Below, one piece after another: positions 44,297 to 53,272 of a stretch of 64,000 nucleotides of DNA. A program made the position numbers and the translations under genes. Source of the DNA: a virus (Duplodnaviria; Caudoviricetes); the IMG/VR virus record IMGVR_UViG_2617271079_000001, positions 29,667-93,666 of that record. The stretch is one strand, 5' to 3'. Position 1 is the stretch's first letter. Every line of letters begins with the position of its first letter. Under the pieces are notes generated by a model. It was not told where the DNA came from and ran no database searches. It worked only from the letters and a program-made list of their open reading frames with translations.

Positions 44297-44731
44297 ATGA
44301 GGCTAACAGAGAAACGGAAACGCTTTGCTGACGAGTATGTGAAATCGGGCAATATATCAGCTGCATATAAAATCGCCTACCCTAACGTAAAAAAGGACGC
44401 GGCTGCCAGAGCATCTGGAAGTAGGCTGCTAACAAAGGCTAACGTGAAATCATATATAGATGAGAGATTAGAAGAATTGAAAAAGAAATCGATCGCTGAA
44501 CAAGATGAAATTCTTCAGTTCCTCACAGCTGTAATGAGAGGAGAGCAGACAGAACAAATCCCGATAGGCATTGGTGAAGGAGCTCAACAACTAGAAGACA
44601 AGGATCCTTTCCTTAAAGATCGTGTAAAAGCAGCAGAGCTCTTAGGTAAACGATATGTTATGTGGACCGATAAGCAGCAGGTCGAAACCATTACTCCTGT
44701 TTTTGTAGAGGATGTACCAGATGAAGATTAA
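44297..44731 (+). CDS. Terminase small subunit
   Basis: LTEKRKRFADEYV...DRVKAAELLGKRY. Confidence 0.92.
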   Translation: MRLTEKRKRFADEYVKSGNISAAYKIAYPNVKKDAAARASGSRLLTKANVKSYIDERLEELKKKSIAEQDEILQFLTAVMRGEQTEQIPIGIGEGAQQLEDKDPFLKDRVKAAELLGKRYVMWTDKQQVETITPVFVEDVPDED

Positions 44732-46007
44732 GCAACATAAAATCTCCATCAAAAAGAAGATTGGTGGAGGGTACAACCGTTTCTGGAATAACAAGCAATT
44801 TTACCGGGTGGTAAAGGGTTCCCGGGGGAGTAAGAAATCCAAGAACACGGCATTAAATTTCATTCACAGAATAATGAAGTACTCCTGGGCGAATCTCTTG
44901 GTAGTCCGCCGGTACTCCAACACTAACAAACAATCCACGTATACTGATTTAAAATGGGCAGCCACGCAATTAGGGGTTGCCCATTTATTTAAGTTCAATG
45001 AATCAATGCCAGAGATAACGTACATGCCTACTGGCCAGAAGGTTTTGTTCAGGGGTCTTGATGATGAATTGAAAATCACATCAATCACCGTTGATGTTGG
45101 GATATTGTGTTGGGCTTGGTTTGAAGAAGCTTATCAAATTGAAACGGAAGCTAAATTTAGAACAGTTGTTGAATCAATCCGTGGTAAATATGATGATCCA
45201 AACTTTTTTAAACAGATAACAGTTACTTTTAATCCCTGGTCTGAACGACACTGGCTTAAGAAAGTCTTCTTTGATGAAAAGACCCGGGAGAAAGATACTT
45301 TTGCCATTACCACGACATTCAGGGTTAATGAATGGCTAGATGACGTAGACCGAGCCAGATATGAGGACCTATATAGAACTAATCCTCGCCGTGCCAGAAT
45401 TGTTTGTGACGGCGAATGGGGAGTAGCTGAAGGTCTCGTCTTCGATAACTTCCATGTGGTTGATTTCGATATTCAACAAAAGATCAAAGAGATTCAAGAA
45501 ACGGCTCACGGAATGGACTTTGGTTTTACCAATGATCCAACGACTTTGCCAAGCTCTGTTGTGGATCTTAAGAAGAAAGAACTTTGGATTTATGATGAAC
45601 ATTATGAGAAAGCGATGTTAACCGAAGAAATATACAAGATGATCGTGAGTAAAGGACTTCTTAAATCCGTCATCACAGCTGACTCTGCTGAGAGGCGTTT
45701 GATTCAGGAATTAATCAATAAAGGTGTTCGAAGGATGAGAGCTTCAGTCAAAGGTAAAGGTAGCGTGAATCAGGGGATATTATTCATTCAAGGATTCAAG
45801 GTATACATTCACCCTACATGTGAACATACAATTGAAGAATTTAATACTTATACTTTTGATCAAGATAAGGACGGTAAGTGGCTAAATACACCCGTTGATG
45901 CAAATAACCATATTATCGATGCTCTTAGATATAGCCTGGAACAATACCATTTGGGAGTGGCCAAGAAAGACGAAACTTATAATGCTTTAAAAGGCTTGGG
46001 TTTATAG
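44712..46007 (+). CDS. Terminase large subunit (PBSX/SPP1 family)
   Basis: KGSRGSKKS, WFEEA, TFNP, GMDFG and NHIIDALRY motifs. Confidence 0.95.
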   Translation: MYQMKIKQHKISIKKKIGGGYNRFWNNKQFYRVVKGSRGSKKSKNTALNFIHRIMKYSWANLLVVRRYSNTNKQSTYTDLKWAATQLGVAHLFKFNESMPEITYMPTGQKVLFRGLDDELKITSITVDVGILCWAWFEEAYQIETEAKFRTVVESIRGKYDDPNFFKQITVTFNPWSERHWLKKVFFDEKTREKDTFAITTTFRVNEWLDDVDRARYEDLYRTNPRRARIVCDGEWGVAEGLVFDNFHVVDFDIQQKIKEIQETAHGMDFGFTNDPTTLPSSVVDLKKKELWIYDEHYEKAMLTEEIYKMIVSKGLLKSVITADSAERRLIQELINKGVRRMRASVKGKGSVNQGILFIQGFKVYIHPTCEHTIEEFNTYTFDQDKDGKWLNTPVDANNHIIDALRYSLEQYHLGVAKKDETYNALKGLGL

Positions 46008-46017
46008 GAGGTGGAAC

Positions 46018-47463
46018 ATGAATCACGTTAATGATTTTGAGCTTGGATTAGGTACGAGTGGGAATGCCGGGAAGAAGAGGCGGTTTAGTAAAGAATCAAA
46101 CATCCAGTATACGTTTGATTCTGCAAAAGAGCTGGTGCAAGATACAAAAGAACTGTCTGCAATATTAAAACATCATATTGAACACCAACGTCCAAGGCTC
46201 ACTGTCTTGGACGATTATTATCTCGGGGAGAACACAACGATCTCAGCAGCCAACCGTAGGAAAGAAGATGACAAGGCCGATCACCGGGCCAAGCACAATT
46301 ATGCGAAGTATGTATCTAACTTCATGCAGGGCTTCTTTGTAGGTGTTCCTGTATCAGTCCGTCATAAGGATAAGTCCACTCAGGAAAAAATTAATGAAAT
46401 CAACGAGACAATAGAAGATGCTGCACTTAATGCAGACATTGTCCTTGATTTATCAATCTATGGTCGGGCATATGAACTGATACATCGGAATCAACTGGAT
46501 CAAACCAAAGTATATTTGTCTTCACCTTTAGAAACATTCTTAATCTATGATACAACGATTGAGAAGAACGTCATTGCTGGGGTCCGGTACTTCTCTGTTG
46601 GTTATGGTGGCCAACGGAAAATTAAAGTCATCCTCTATACAGACAAGAAGATACACACGTATTTTACATCGAACATGGGTGACTATAACCTGATGCTTGA
46701 TAGTGAGGTTGATCATCCTTTCGCTGAAGTCCCGATTAATGAGCACAGTAACAATCGATTCCGCCAGGGCGATTTTGAAAATGTCCTGGACTTGATTGAT
46801 TTATATGATGCAGCCCAATCTGATACAGCAAACTATATGACCGATCTAAATGATGCCATGCTAAAAATTCTAGGGAATGTAGATTTAGATCCTACTGAAG
46901 CGAAGAAGATGAAAGAAGCCAATATCATCTTCCTAAAGCCAACACAAAACGCTGACGGTGCTGAAGGACGTGTAGAAGCTGACTATATCTATAAACAGTA
47001 TGATGTATCAGGGAGCGAGGCATATAAAGGCAGGCTACAAACGGACATTCATAAATTCACAAATACGCCAGACCTGAATGACGAAAACTTTGCCGGCCAA
47101 CAAACCGGTGAAGCAATGAAGTACAAGTTATTTGGCTTGGAGCAAATACGGATCAACAAAGAACGTTTATTCAAAAGATCTCTCAATCGTCGTTATAAAC
47201 TAATAAATAACGTCATGCACCTGGCAAGTGAAGCAGGTAATGGTGAATTTGAAGGGTTAACCTATAAATTCACTCCTAACCTTCCTAAGAGCACTAAAGA
47301 GGCAGTAGACATGTTCAATGCACTTGGAGGAGAGCTGTCGCAGGAAACGAAACTGAAGATCATTCCAATGATTGTAGAAAATCCAGAAGAGGAAGAAAAA
47401 AGGATTGCTAGTGAAAGGTCCAAACAAAGGCAATCGATGTCCTCCGAGTATATGAGAAATTGA
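46018..47463 (+). CDS. Portal protein (SPP1 gp6 family)
   Basis: HNYAKY, GRAYEL, GDFENVLDLIDLYD and GEAMKYKL motifs. Confidence 0.94.
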   Translation: MNHVNDFELGLGTSGNAGKKRRFSKESNIQYTFDSAKELVQDTKELSAILKHHIEHQRPRLTVLDDYYLGENTTISAANRRKEDDKADHRAKHNYAKYVSNFMQGFFVGVPVSVRHKDKSTQEKINEINETIEDAALNADIVLDLSIYGRAYELIHRNQLDQTKVYLSSPLETFLIYDTTIEKNVIAGVRYFSVGYGGQRKIKVILYTDKKIHTYFTSNMGDYNLMLDSEVDHPFAEVPINEHSNNRFRQGDFENVLDLIDLYDAAQSDTANYMTDLNDAMLKILGNVDLDPTEAKKMKEANIIFLKPTQNADGAEGRVEADYIYKQYDVSGSEAYKGRLQTDIHKFTNTPDLNDENFAGQQTGEAMKYKLFGLEQIRINKERLFKRSLNRRYKLINNVMHLASEAGNGEFEGLTYKFTPNLPKSTKEAVDMFNALGGELSQETKLKIIPMIVENPEEEEKRIASERSKQRQSMSSEYMRN

Positions 47464-47473
47464 GGTGTGTTAG

Positions 47474-48421
47474 ATGCCTGGAGAAAGCTACTGGGTAAAA
47501 AGGGAAAGAGAAAACATAAAGCGTGAACAAATGAAAGATGAAGAGGTATCAATAAAATTAAAAGAAATCATCAATCACGCTCTTCGTGAGGTAGAAAAAG
47601 AAATCAATGCCTTTTATTCCCGGTATGCAGAAAAAAATACGATCTCATTAATTGAAGCGAAGAAGAGAGTGTCCGAATTTGATGTTCAATCATTTGAAAG
47701 AACGGCTGCACGATATGTGAGAGAGAAGGACTTCTCCCCAAAGGCAAATAAAGAGCTCTATACCTACAATACAAAGATGAGGATAAACCGGCAGGAGCTT
47801 CTCATGATGTATTTAAATGCTCACCTAGTATCGATGACGAATGAACAGGAAAAGACCTTTCAAGGTTATTTGGAGCAGGCTGGAATATCTGAGGTGCTGC
47901 GGCAAGCTGGTATCTTAGGAGTCAACATGGCGATCACCACACCAACCCTTAAATCAATTGTAGGAGCTTCGTTTTATGGGGCTAAATGGTCTTCAAGGAT
48001 ATGGGGAGATATGAAGGCTCTCAGAGAAGAGTTGGCCAGTATCATCAACAGTGCGATTGTCCGTGGTGTCCATCCAAATAGGTACATCAGGAAGATTCGA
48101 GAGCGATTTGATGTAAGCTCATTTGAAGCTAAAAGGTTACTAATCACTGAAACTGCCAGGGTCCAGGTGGAAGCCCAGAAGTTATCCTACCAAGCAGTTT
48201 CTAATGATGATGAAGCTGAATATGAGTATGTTGCTGTAATGGATGGAAAGACCACAAAAAAATGTAAATTCTTGAATAAGAAAAAATTCAAGGTGAAGGA
48301 AATGAAGCCAGGAGTCAATGCTCCTCCCATGCATCCGTTTTGCAGGAGTTCAACGGCTCTTATTTTAGGAGACTGGAGAGAGGAGTTTTTCGAAAGTGTG
48401 AAAGAGAAATATACCTTATAA
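47474..48421 (+). CDS. Minor head protein (SPP1 gp7/MuF family)
   Basis: RLLITETAR and PPMHPFCRS motifs. Confidence 0.9.
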   Translation: MPGESYWVKRERENIKREQMKDEEVSIKLKEIINHALREVEKEINAFYSRYAEKNTISLIEAKKRVSEFDVQSFERTAARYVREKDFSPKANKELYTYNTKMRINRQELLMMYLNAHLVSMTNEQEKTFQGYLEQAGISEVLRQAGILGVNMAITTPTLKSIVGASFYGAKWSSRIWGDMKALREELASIINSAIVRGVHPNRYIRKIRERFDVSSFEAKRLLITETARVQVEAQKLSYQAVSNDDEAEYEYVAVMDGKTTKKCKFLNKKKFKVKEMKPGVNAPPMHPFCRSSTALILGDWREEFFESVKEKYTL

Positions 48422-48435
48422 GAATTTGTTTTAGC

Positions 48436-48470
48436 GCGTCTTTGAGCACTAGACGTTATAAACAGGCTTA
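48436..48470 (+). promoter_or_regulatory. Candidate structured leader (GTCT/AGAC stem plus pseudoknot) upstream of scaffold gene
   Basis: GCGTCT-TTGAGCACT-AGACGT-TATAAACAGGCTTA; loop TGAGC can pair with GCTTA. Confidence 0.45.
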
Positions 48471-48548
48471 TTTGTTTTGACTAAAAACGTGTGAGGACGT
48501 TAACGGTGGGCACCTGCGTGTTGTTACGTGTTCATGGGTAAGGAGGAA

Positions 48549-49202
48549 ATGAAAGTGACAAGACCAATTAATGTGTTTAATCCAGCAGTCTTACAGAAAC
48601 AGTTTGAACCTTTGAAACTAAACTTGCAGTACTTTGCCGAGCCGAATGAACCGCCAGTGGATCCGCCGAATCCAGATGATCCACCAAACGATCCACCGGC
48701 AAAGATTGAGCTTTCTGCAGAGGAACTTCAAAAGAAGATTGAGGCTGAATCAGATCGTAAGCTTGCAAAGGCTCTTGATAAAAAGCAGAAGGAATGGGAA
48801 ATACAACTTGATCAAAAACTTGCTGATGCGAAAAAGGATGCAGAACAATATGCGAAGCTGTCTCAGAAAGAAAAAGAAGATGCTGATTATAAAAAGCGAA
48901 TCGAGGCACTCGATAAGCGAGAGCGTGAATTAAATACGAAGCAGCTTCGTTCTGAAGTTGAAACAGATTTAAAAGATGAGGGACTGCCGACTGCGTTTGC
49001 TGAATCTCTTATCAAGCTTGAGGACAACGAGAAAATTAAGGAAGCAGTAACCAGTATCAAAAAGGAATTCGATGCTGCAGTTAATAATGCAGTGAAGGAA
49101 AAGCTTCGTCAGGATCCTCCTGAAACTGGCGGTTCAAAAATAAACAACAGTATTACCACTTCAAAAGCAGAAATGGCCAGAAAGAATAGAATCATTAAAT
49201 AA
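48549..49202 (+). CDS. Capsid scaffolding protein (DUF4355-like)
   Basis: KLNLQYFA motif, Pro/Asp linker, coiled coil. Confidence 0.88.
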   Translation: MKVTRPINVFNPAVLQKQFEPLKLNLQYFAEPNEPPVDPPNPDDPPNDPPAKIELSAEELQKKIEAESDRKLAKALDKKQKEWEIQLDQKLADAKKDAEQYAKLSQKEKEDADYKKRIEALDKRERELNTKQLRSEVETDLKDEGLPTAFAESLIKLEDNEKIKEAVTSIKKEFDAAVNNAVKEKLRQDPPETGGSKINNSITTSKAEMARKNRIIK

Positions 49203-49217
49203 GAGGAGAGAAATCAT

Positions 49218-50156
49218 ATGGGACCAAATTTATTAAAACTTAATCTACAGTACTTTGCACAAACATTTAGCCCAGATAACGTGATGGTTCACGAAGCGAA
49301 AGATGGGACGATTCCGGATAAGTACAACACAATGATCTTGAATGATGTAATGGAAAACTCCAAGATTATGCAGTTGGGTGTTTATGAGGAAATGACGGAT
49401 AAAGAAAAAACATTCGAATACTTTGCTGAAGGACCAGGGGCTTACTGGGTAGGTGAGACTGAGAAGATTCAAACATCAAAACCAACCTTGCTTCAAGTAA
49501 AGATGACTGCAAAGAAGCTGGGTGTCATTTTACCGGTTTCCCGTGAGTATCTACAGTACCGAGTTTCGAATTTCTTTGAAATCATGCGTCCAAAGATTGC
49601 AGAAGCATTCTATAAAAAATTTGATGAAGCAGGGATTCTGAATGTATCTAACCCATTTACTCAATCGATCGAACAATCTGTAACAGCTGCAGAAAATATC
49701 GTATATGACGGAATCACTTACGACAATATCTTGGCTGTAGAAGACGAGTTATTTGAAAATGATGTAGAGCCAAATGCATGGATTTCAAAAGTGCAAAATC
49801 ATACTGCCTTACGCAATGCACAAAAAGCTGAGAATGGAACATTGCAATCATTGTATGATCGTTCTAACAATACGATTGATGGGTTACCAGCGGTGGATTT
49901 AAAATCTGCAAATCTATCAAAAGGTACTCTTTACGCAGGTGATTTTGATCAATTACGTTACGGAATTCCTTTTAATATTGACTACGCAATTTCAGAGGAA
50001 GCACAACTCTCGACTATTACCAACGCGGACGGGTCACCTATCAACTTGTTTGAGCAAGAGATGGTTGCTCTACGAGCCACAATGGATGTGGGTCTAATGA
50101 TCATTAAAGATGAAGCGTTTGCTAAATTAGTCCCGGGACCTGCCCCAGCAGCATAA
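49218..50156 (+). CDS. Major capsid protein (HK97 fold)
   Basis: KLNLQYFA; AYWVGE; KKLGVILPVS; NLFEQEMVALRA. Confidence 0.94.
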   Translation: MGPNLLKLNLQYFAQTFSPDNVMVHEAKDGTIPDKYNTMILNDVMENSKIMQLGVYEEMTDKEKTFEYFAEGPGAYWVGETEKIQTSKPTLLQVKMTAKKLGVILPVSREYLQYRVSNFFEIMRPKIAEAFYKKFDEAGILNVSNPFTQSIEQSVTAAENIVYDGITYDNILAVEDELFENDVEPNAWISKVQNHTALRNAQKAENGTLQSLYDRSNNTIDGLPAVDLKSANLSKGTLYAGDFDQLRYGIPFNIDYAISEEAQLSTITNADGSPINLFEQEMVALRATMDVGLMIIKDEAFAKLVPGPAPAA

Positions 50157-50187
50157 TAACCATTTATCAAAGAGAGGATGATTAGGA

Positions 50188-50514
50188 ATGCCTTACAAAG
50201 TAATTAGAGCTTTCAGAGATATAGAAAATGATCACCGTGTTTATCGTAAGGGTGACACATTCCCTGCTAAGGGTAAAGTGAGCAAGGAACGGATTTCGGA
50301 ATTATTAAGTACAGAAAATAAAGTAGGGAAGCCATTGATTGAGCAATTGGGAGTGGAGTCAGAAGAAGGTAATAAAGAGCTTGAAGAATCAAAGCAATCT
50401 TCTGAAGAAAGTGAGTTCCCCAAACATACTGGCGGCCCGTGGTATGTGTTGTCTAACGGAGAAAAGATTCAGGGTAAAGAAGAAGCTATTGCTGCAGAAG
50501 CAGAATTGAAGTGA
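50188..50514 (+). CDS. Small head-associated protein
   Basis: YKVIRAFRD...YRKGDTFP; FPKHTGGPWYVLSNG. Confidence 0.65.
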   Translation: MPYKVIRAFRDIENDHRVYRKGDTFPAKGKVSKERISELLSTENKVGKPLIEQLGVESEEGNKELEESKQSSEESEFPKHTGGPWYVLSNGEKIQGKEEAIAAEAELK

Positions 50515-50518
50515 TTGT

Positions 50519-50851
50519 ATGGCTATCAGAGATAACGTAAAAGTTGTGGTTGGTGTTCAAGATAGCCTGCAGGATAGTGTAATCGATCGCCTTATCGCTA
50601 ATGTTGAATCCCGGTTGAAAGTCTGGCTAAAACAAAATGCCGGCCTAGTAGCTATTCCAGAAGAGTTGATGTTTATCGTTGAGGAGCTTGTTATTAACAG
50701 GTATAACAAGATTGGCAGCGAGGGCATGAAGTCAGAATCTATTGAAGGTCGATCTGTTTCATTCACCGAAGACGACTTTGCACCTTATCTCTCAATTCTT
50801 AAAACGTATATTCCTAAAACAGAGACTGCAGGAAAGGTAATGTTCTTTTAA
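50519..50851 (+). CDS. Head-tail connector protein
   Basis: RYNKIGSEGMKSESIEGRSVSF. Confidence 0.85.
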   Translation: MAIRDNVKVVVGVQDSLQDSVIDRLIANVESRLKVWLKQNAGLVAIPEELMFIVEELVINRYNKIGSEGMKSESIEGRSVSFTEDDFAPYLSILKTYIPKTETAGKVMFF

Positions 50852-51162
50852 TGAGATACTCCAATCGGGTAACACTTTATAGAGTTTTAGATAGGGCTTA
50901 TGATCCTTCTGTTGGAAAGACAGTTGTAAAGGTGGACGAAGGGGTTACACTCCCCTGCAACACATCTCCAATTAGCTTGGAAAAAGTTAAAGTTATATTT
51001 GGTTCATTAGACAAACAGATTACCACAGTTAGGCTACAGAGACCGTACACGCGTGAAGTCGATAAAGCTGTTATCAACGAGAAGAAATATAACGTTCTCC
51101 GACATGTTCCATACAGGTCTGAGAGCGTTTTATTTATGGAAGGGGTGAGCGAGTGGACTTAG
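50851..51162 (+). CDS. Head closure protein
   Basis: MRYSNRVTL; synteny. Confidence 0.7.
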   Translation: MRYSNRVTLYRVLDRAYDPSVGKTVVKVDEGVTLPCNTSPISLEKVKVIFGSLDKQITTVRLQRPYTREVDKAVINEKKYNVLRHVPYRSESVLFMEGVSEWT

Positions 51163-51494
51163 AGGGACTGGATGCCCTGCTTGCGAAACTTGACCGAATG
51201 GATAGGGATATTGAAGATGATGTCGGAAAAATTGTGAAGAACAATACGATTGAAATGACCGAGAAGGTAGTTAAGAATGCTGAATTCACTCATGGTTATC
51301 AAACAGGCTACACTAAGAGAAATATTGAAACGAAGATAGTAAGTAACCTTGTCGGAAAGACAATTAGTAAATCAGAACACTCCGGCTATCTCGAATTTGG
51401 AACACGTTTCATGGATGCGCAACCATTCATCTTTCCTGGATTCTATAATCAGAAAAAGCAATTTCTCAATGACCTAAATAGACTTGTAAAGTAG
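51153..51494 (+). CDS. HK97 gp10-family neck protein
   Basis: YLEFGTRFMDAQPF. Confidence 0.85.
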   Translation: MDLEGLDALLAKLDRMDRDIEDDVGKIVKNNTIEMTEKVVKNAEFTHGYQTGYTKRNIETKIVSNLVGKTISKSEHSGYLEFGTRFMDAQPFIFPGFYNQKKQFLNDLNRLVK

Positions 51495-51502
51495 GTGAAT
51501 AG

Positions 51503-51892
51503 ATGAAGTCACCAAAGATCCAACTGTTCAACGCGGTATTCAACAAAGCTCTTAACCTGGGATATGACACATACGATTATCTTCCTGGCAAAGACGAGGA
51601 AGTTCCTTATCCTTTTGTGCATATAGCAGGTTCGATAGGTTCTGATGTCATCAACAACAAAGAAGTGATCACTGGTAATCTATCACAATCCATTCACGTT
51701 TGGGAGATGGCAAATAATCGTATACACTTTGCCGAAATGATTTTTAATCTCGAAATGGCTTTGCGAAAACTGACGCAACTCGATAACTACTACGTGAGAC
51801 TGGTTTCACTCGATTCAAATGAAATCTTTGATAATACAACGACTGACAATCTGCTGCATGGTTTGATCCAGGCAGAATACAGAATTACCTAA
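51503..51892 (+). CDS. Tail terminator protein
   Basis: YDYLP...YPFV...LLHG. Confidence 0.75.
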   Translation: MKSPKIQLFNAVFNKALNLGYDTYDYLPGKDEEVPYPFVHIAGSIGSDVINNKEVITGNLSQSIHVWEMANNRIHFAEMIFNLEMALRKLTQLDNYYVRLVSLDSNEIFDNTTTDNLLHGLIQAEYRIT

Positions 51893-51907
51893 TAAGGAGG
51901 TAGAGGC

Positions 51908-52450
51908 ATGGGCAACATTGCAAAAGGAGTACACAAGGTACTCTATTTTCGAAAACTTGGTGAGGCTGCAGAAGGAGCTAAGCTTGTTTTTCAAACGGAG
52001 CATTCAAAATCTTATTCCCGGGATCGGGAGTCGACAGTAACCAAAGATGGAAGTGTTTCAGGCTCGGGAGCACTTGAAGATGAAGTAAGTATCTCGGCAC
52101 TTCAAGCTGAAACAGATCCTACATTTACAATGCTTAGTGATTCCATAATTGAGGACTATCCAGTGGAGATGTGGGAAGTTGATCTGGCAGATAAAGTAGA
52201 AGATGAACTTAACCCTGGTACTTATACCTTTGGTGCTGAATATCGACAAGGGTACATTACAGAATGGGAAACAACGAACCCTGCCGAAGATGATCCGGAA
52301 GTAAGTGGAACATTTGTTACTCAATTTAAAAGACAAAAAGGACGTGTCAATGTTCCAAGTAGCGATATTGAAACTTTAGGATACGTATTTCATGATGTGC
52401 TTGCTGAGGATCCTGCAGATGATGGATTGGGCACACCACCAGAAGCATAA
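51908..52450 (+). CDS. Major tail protein (TP901-1 family)
   Basis: KLVFQTEH, TKDG, VEMWEVD and YRQGY motifs. Confidence 0.88.
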   Translation: MGNIAKGVHKVLYFRKLGEAAEGAKLVFQTEHSKSYSRDRESTVTKDGSVSGSGALEDEVSISALQAETDPTFTMLSDSIIEDYPVEMWEVDLADKVEDELNPGTYTFGAEYRQGYITEWETTNPAEDDPEVSGTFVTQFKRQKGRVNVPSSDIETLGYVFHDVLAEDPADDGLGTPPEA

Positions 52451-52510
52451 GCGAAAGAAGAGGGGGAAAATCCCCTCTTTTTATTTTGATATTTTGAGGA
52501 GGAATAGAAA

Positions 52511-52900
52511 TTGCATATTACATTTAACGGTAGAGAAATTGAATTATCATTTGGACTTCGTACCTTAACGACAATCGATCGTTCATTAGGATTGGAAGTA
52601 GAGAATGTGAGTCTCGGACAAGGGCTTGAAACGATGTTGGTACCCGGTCTCCAGTCCGGAAATATCATTTGTTTGTATAAATTAATTCAGGCAGCCACAG
52701 CCCATGATAAGAAAAAGCCCACTACAGATTCAGATTTTGAATCAATTCTGAACGACATTGCTGAAAATGATGGTCTGGAGGAATTCGCTCAGCAAGTCAT
52801 GTATGAATTGGGAAAGCAACCCATGACCCGAAAGCTCGTTCCAGAAGAGTTTCAAGAAGAGAAGGGGACGAAAAGAATGAGCATGCAGAAAGAGGATTAA
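52511..52900 (+). CDS. Tail assembly chaperone (gpG-like)
   Basis: INGR-type ELSFG N-terminus; slippery G-GGA-AAG at 52810-52816. Confidence 0.82.
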   Translation: MHITFNGREIELSFGLRTLTTIDRSLGLEVENVSLGQGLETMLVPGLQSGNIICLYKLIQAATAHDKKKPTTDSDFESILNDIAENDGLEEFAQQVMYELGKQPMTRKLVPEEFQEEKGTKRMSMQKED

Positions 52901-53268
52901 CCTACGACGAGGTTGTCATCTACTCACTCCGAAAGTTGGGAATGGAACGATTGGTTGATGTAGAACAAATGACATTGACTGAGTTTCATTATAAGCGCTA
53001 TGCACAAGAGTATAAGGAAATTGATGAGGAATACAGGTTACACAAATTAGCTTTCCTTATTAGGAACGCTAAAGCAAAAGTGAACAAAGGAACTGATAAG
53101 AAGCCTAAAGAAGAATATGCCTTTAAAGAATTTGATGACTTCTTTGATTACGAGTCGGTATTAAGATCCGTTGACAATGAATTCGAAATCAAAAGGTCTG
53201 TTGAGAAACCAACTAAGAAGTTATCACCTGCACAAATCGCTCTTCTAAGAAATTCTAGAAAGGGGTGA
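52816..53268 (+). CDS. Tail assembly chaperone extension (gpT-like), reached by -1 frameshift
   Basis: -1 frame open from the GGGAAAG heptamer into ORF 52936..53268. Confidence 0.78.
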   Translation, partial: ATHDPKARSRRVSRREGDEKNEHAERGLTYDEVVIYSLRKLGMERLVDVEQMTLTEFHYKRYAQEYKEIDEEYRLHKLAFLIRNAKAKVNKGTDKKPKEEYAFKEFDDFFDYESVLRSVDNEFEIKRSVEKPTKKLSPAQIALLRNSRKG

Positions 53269-53272
53269 GGAT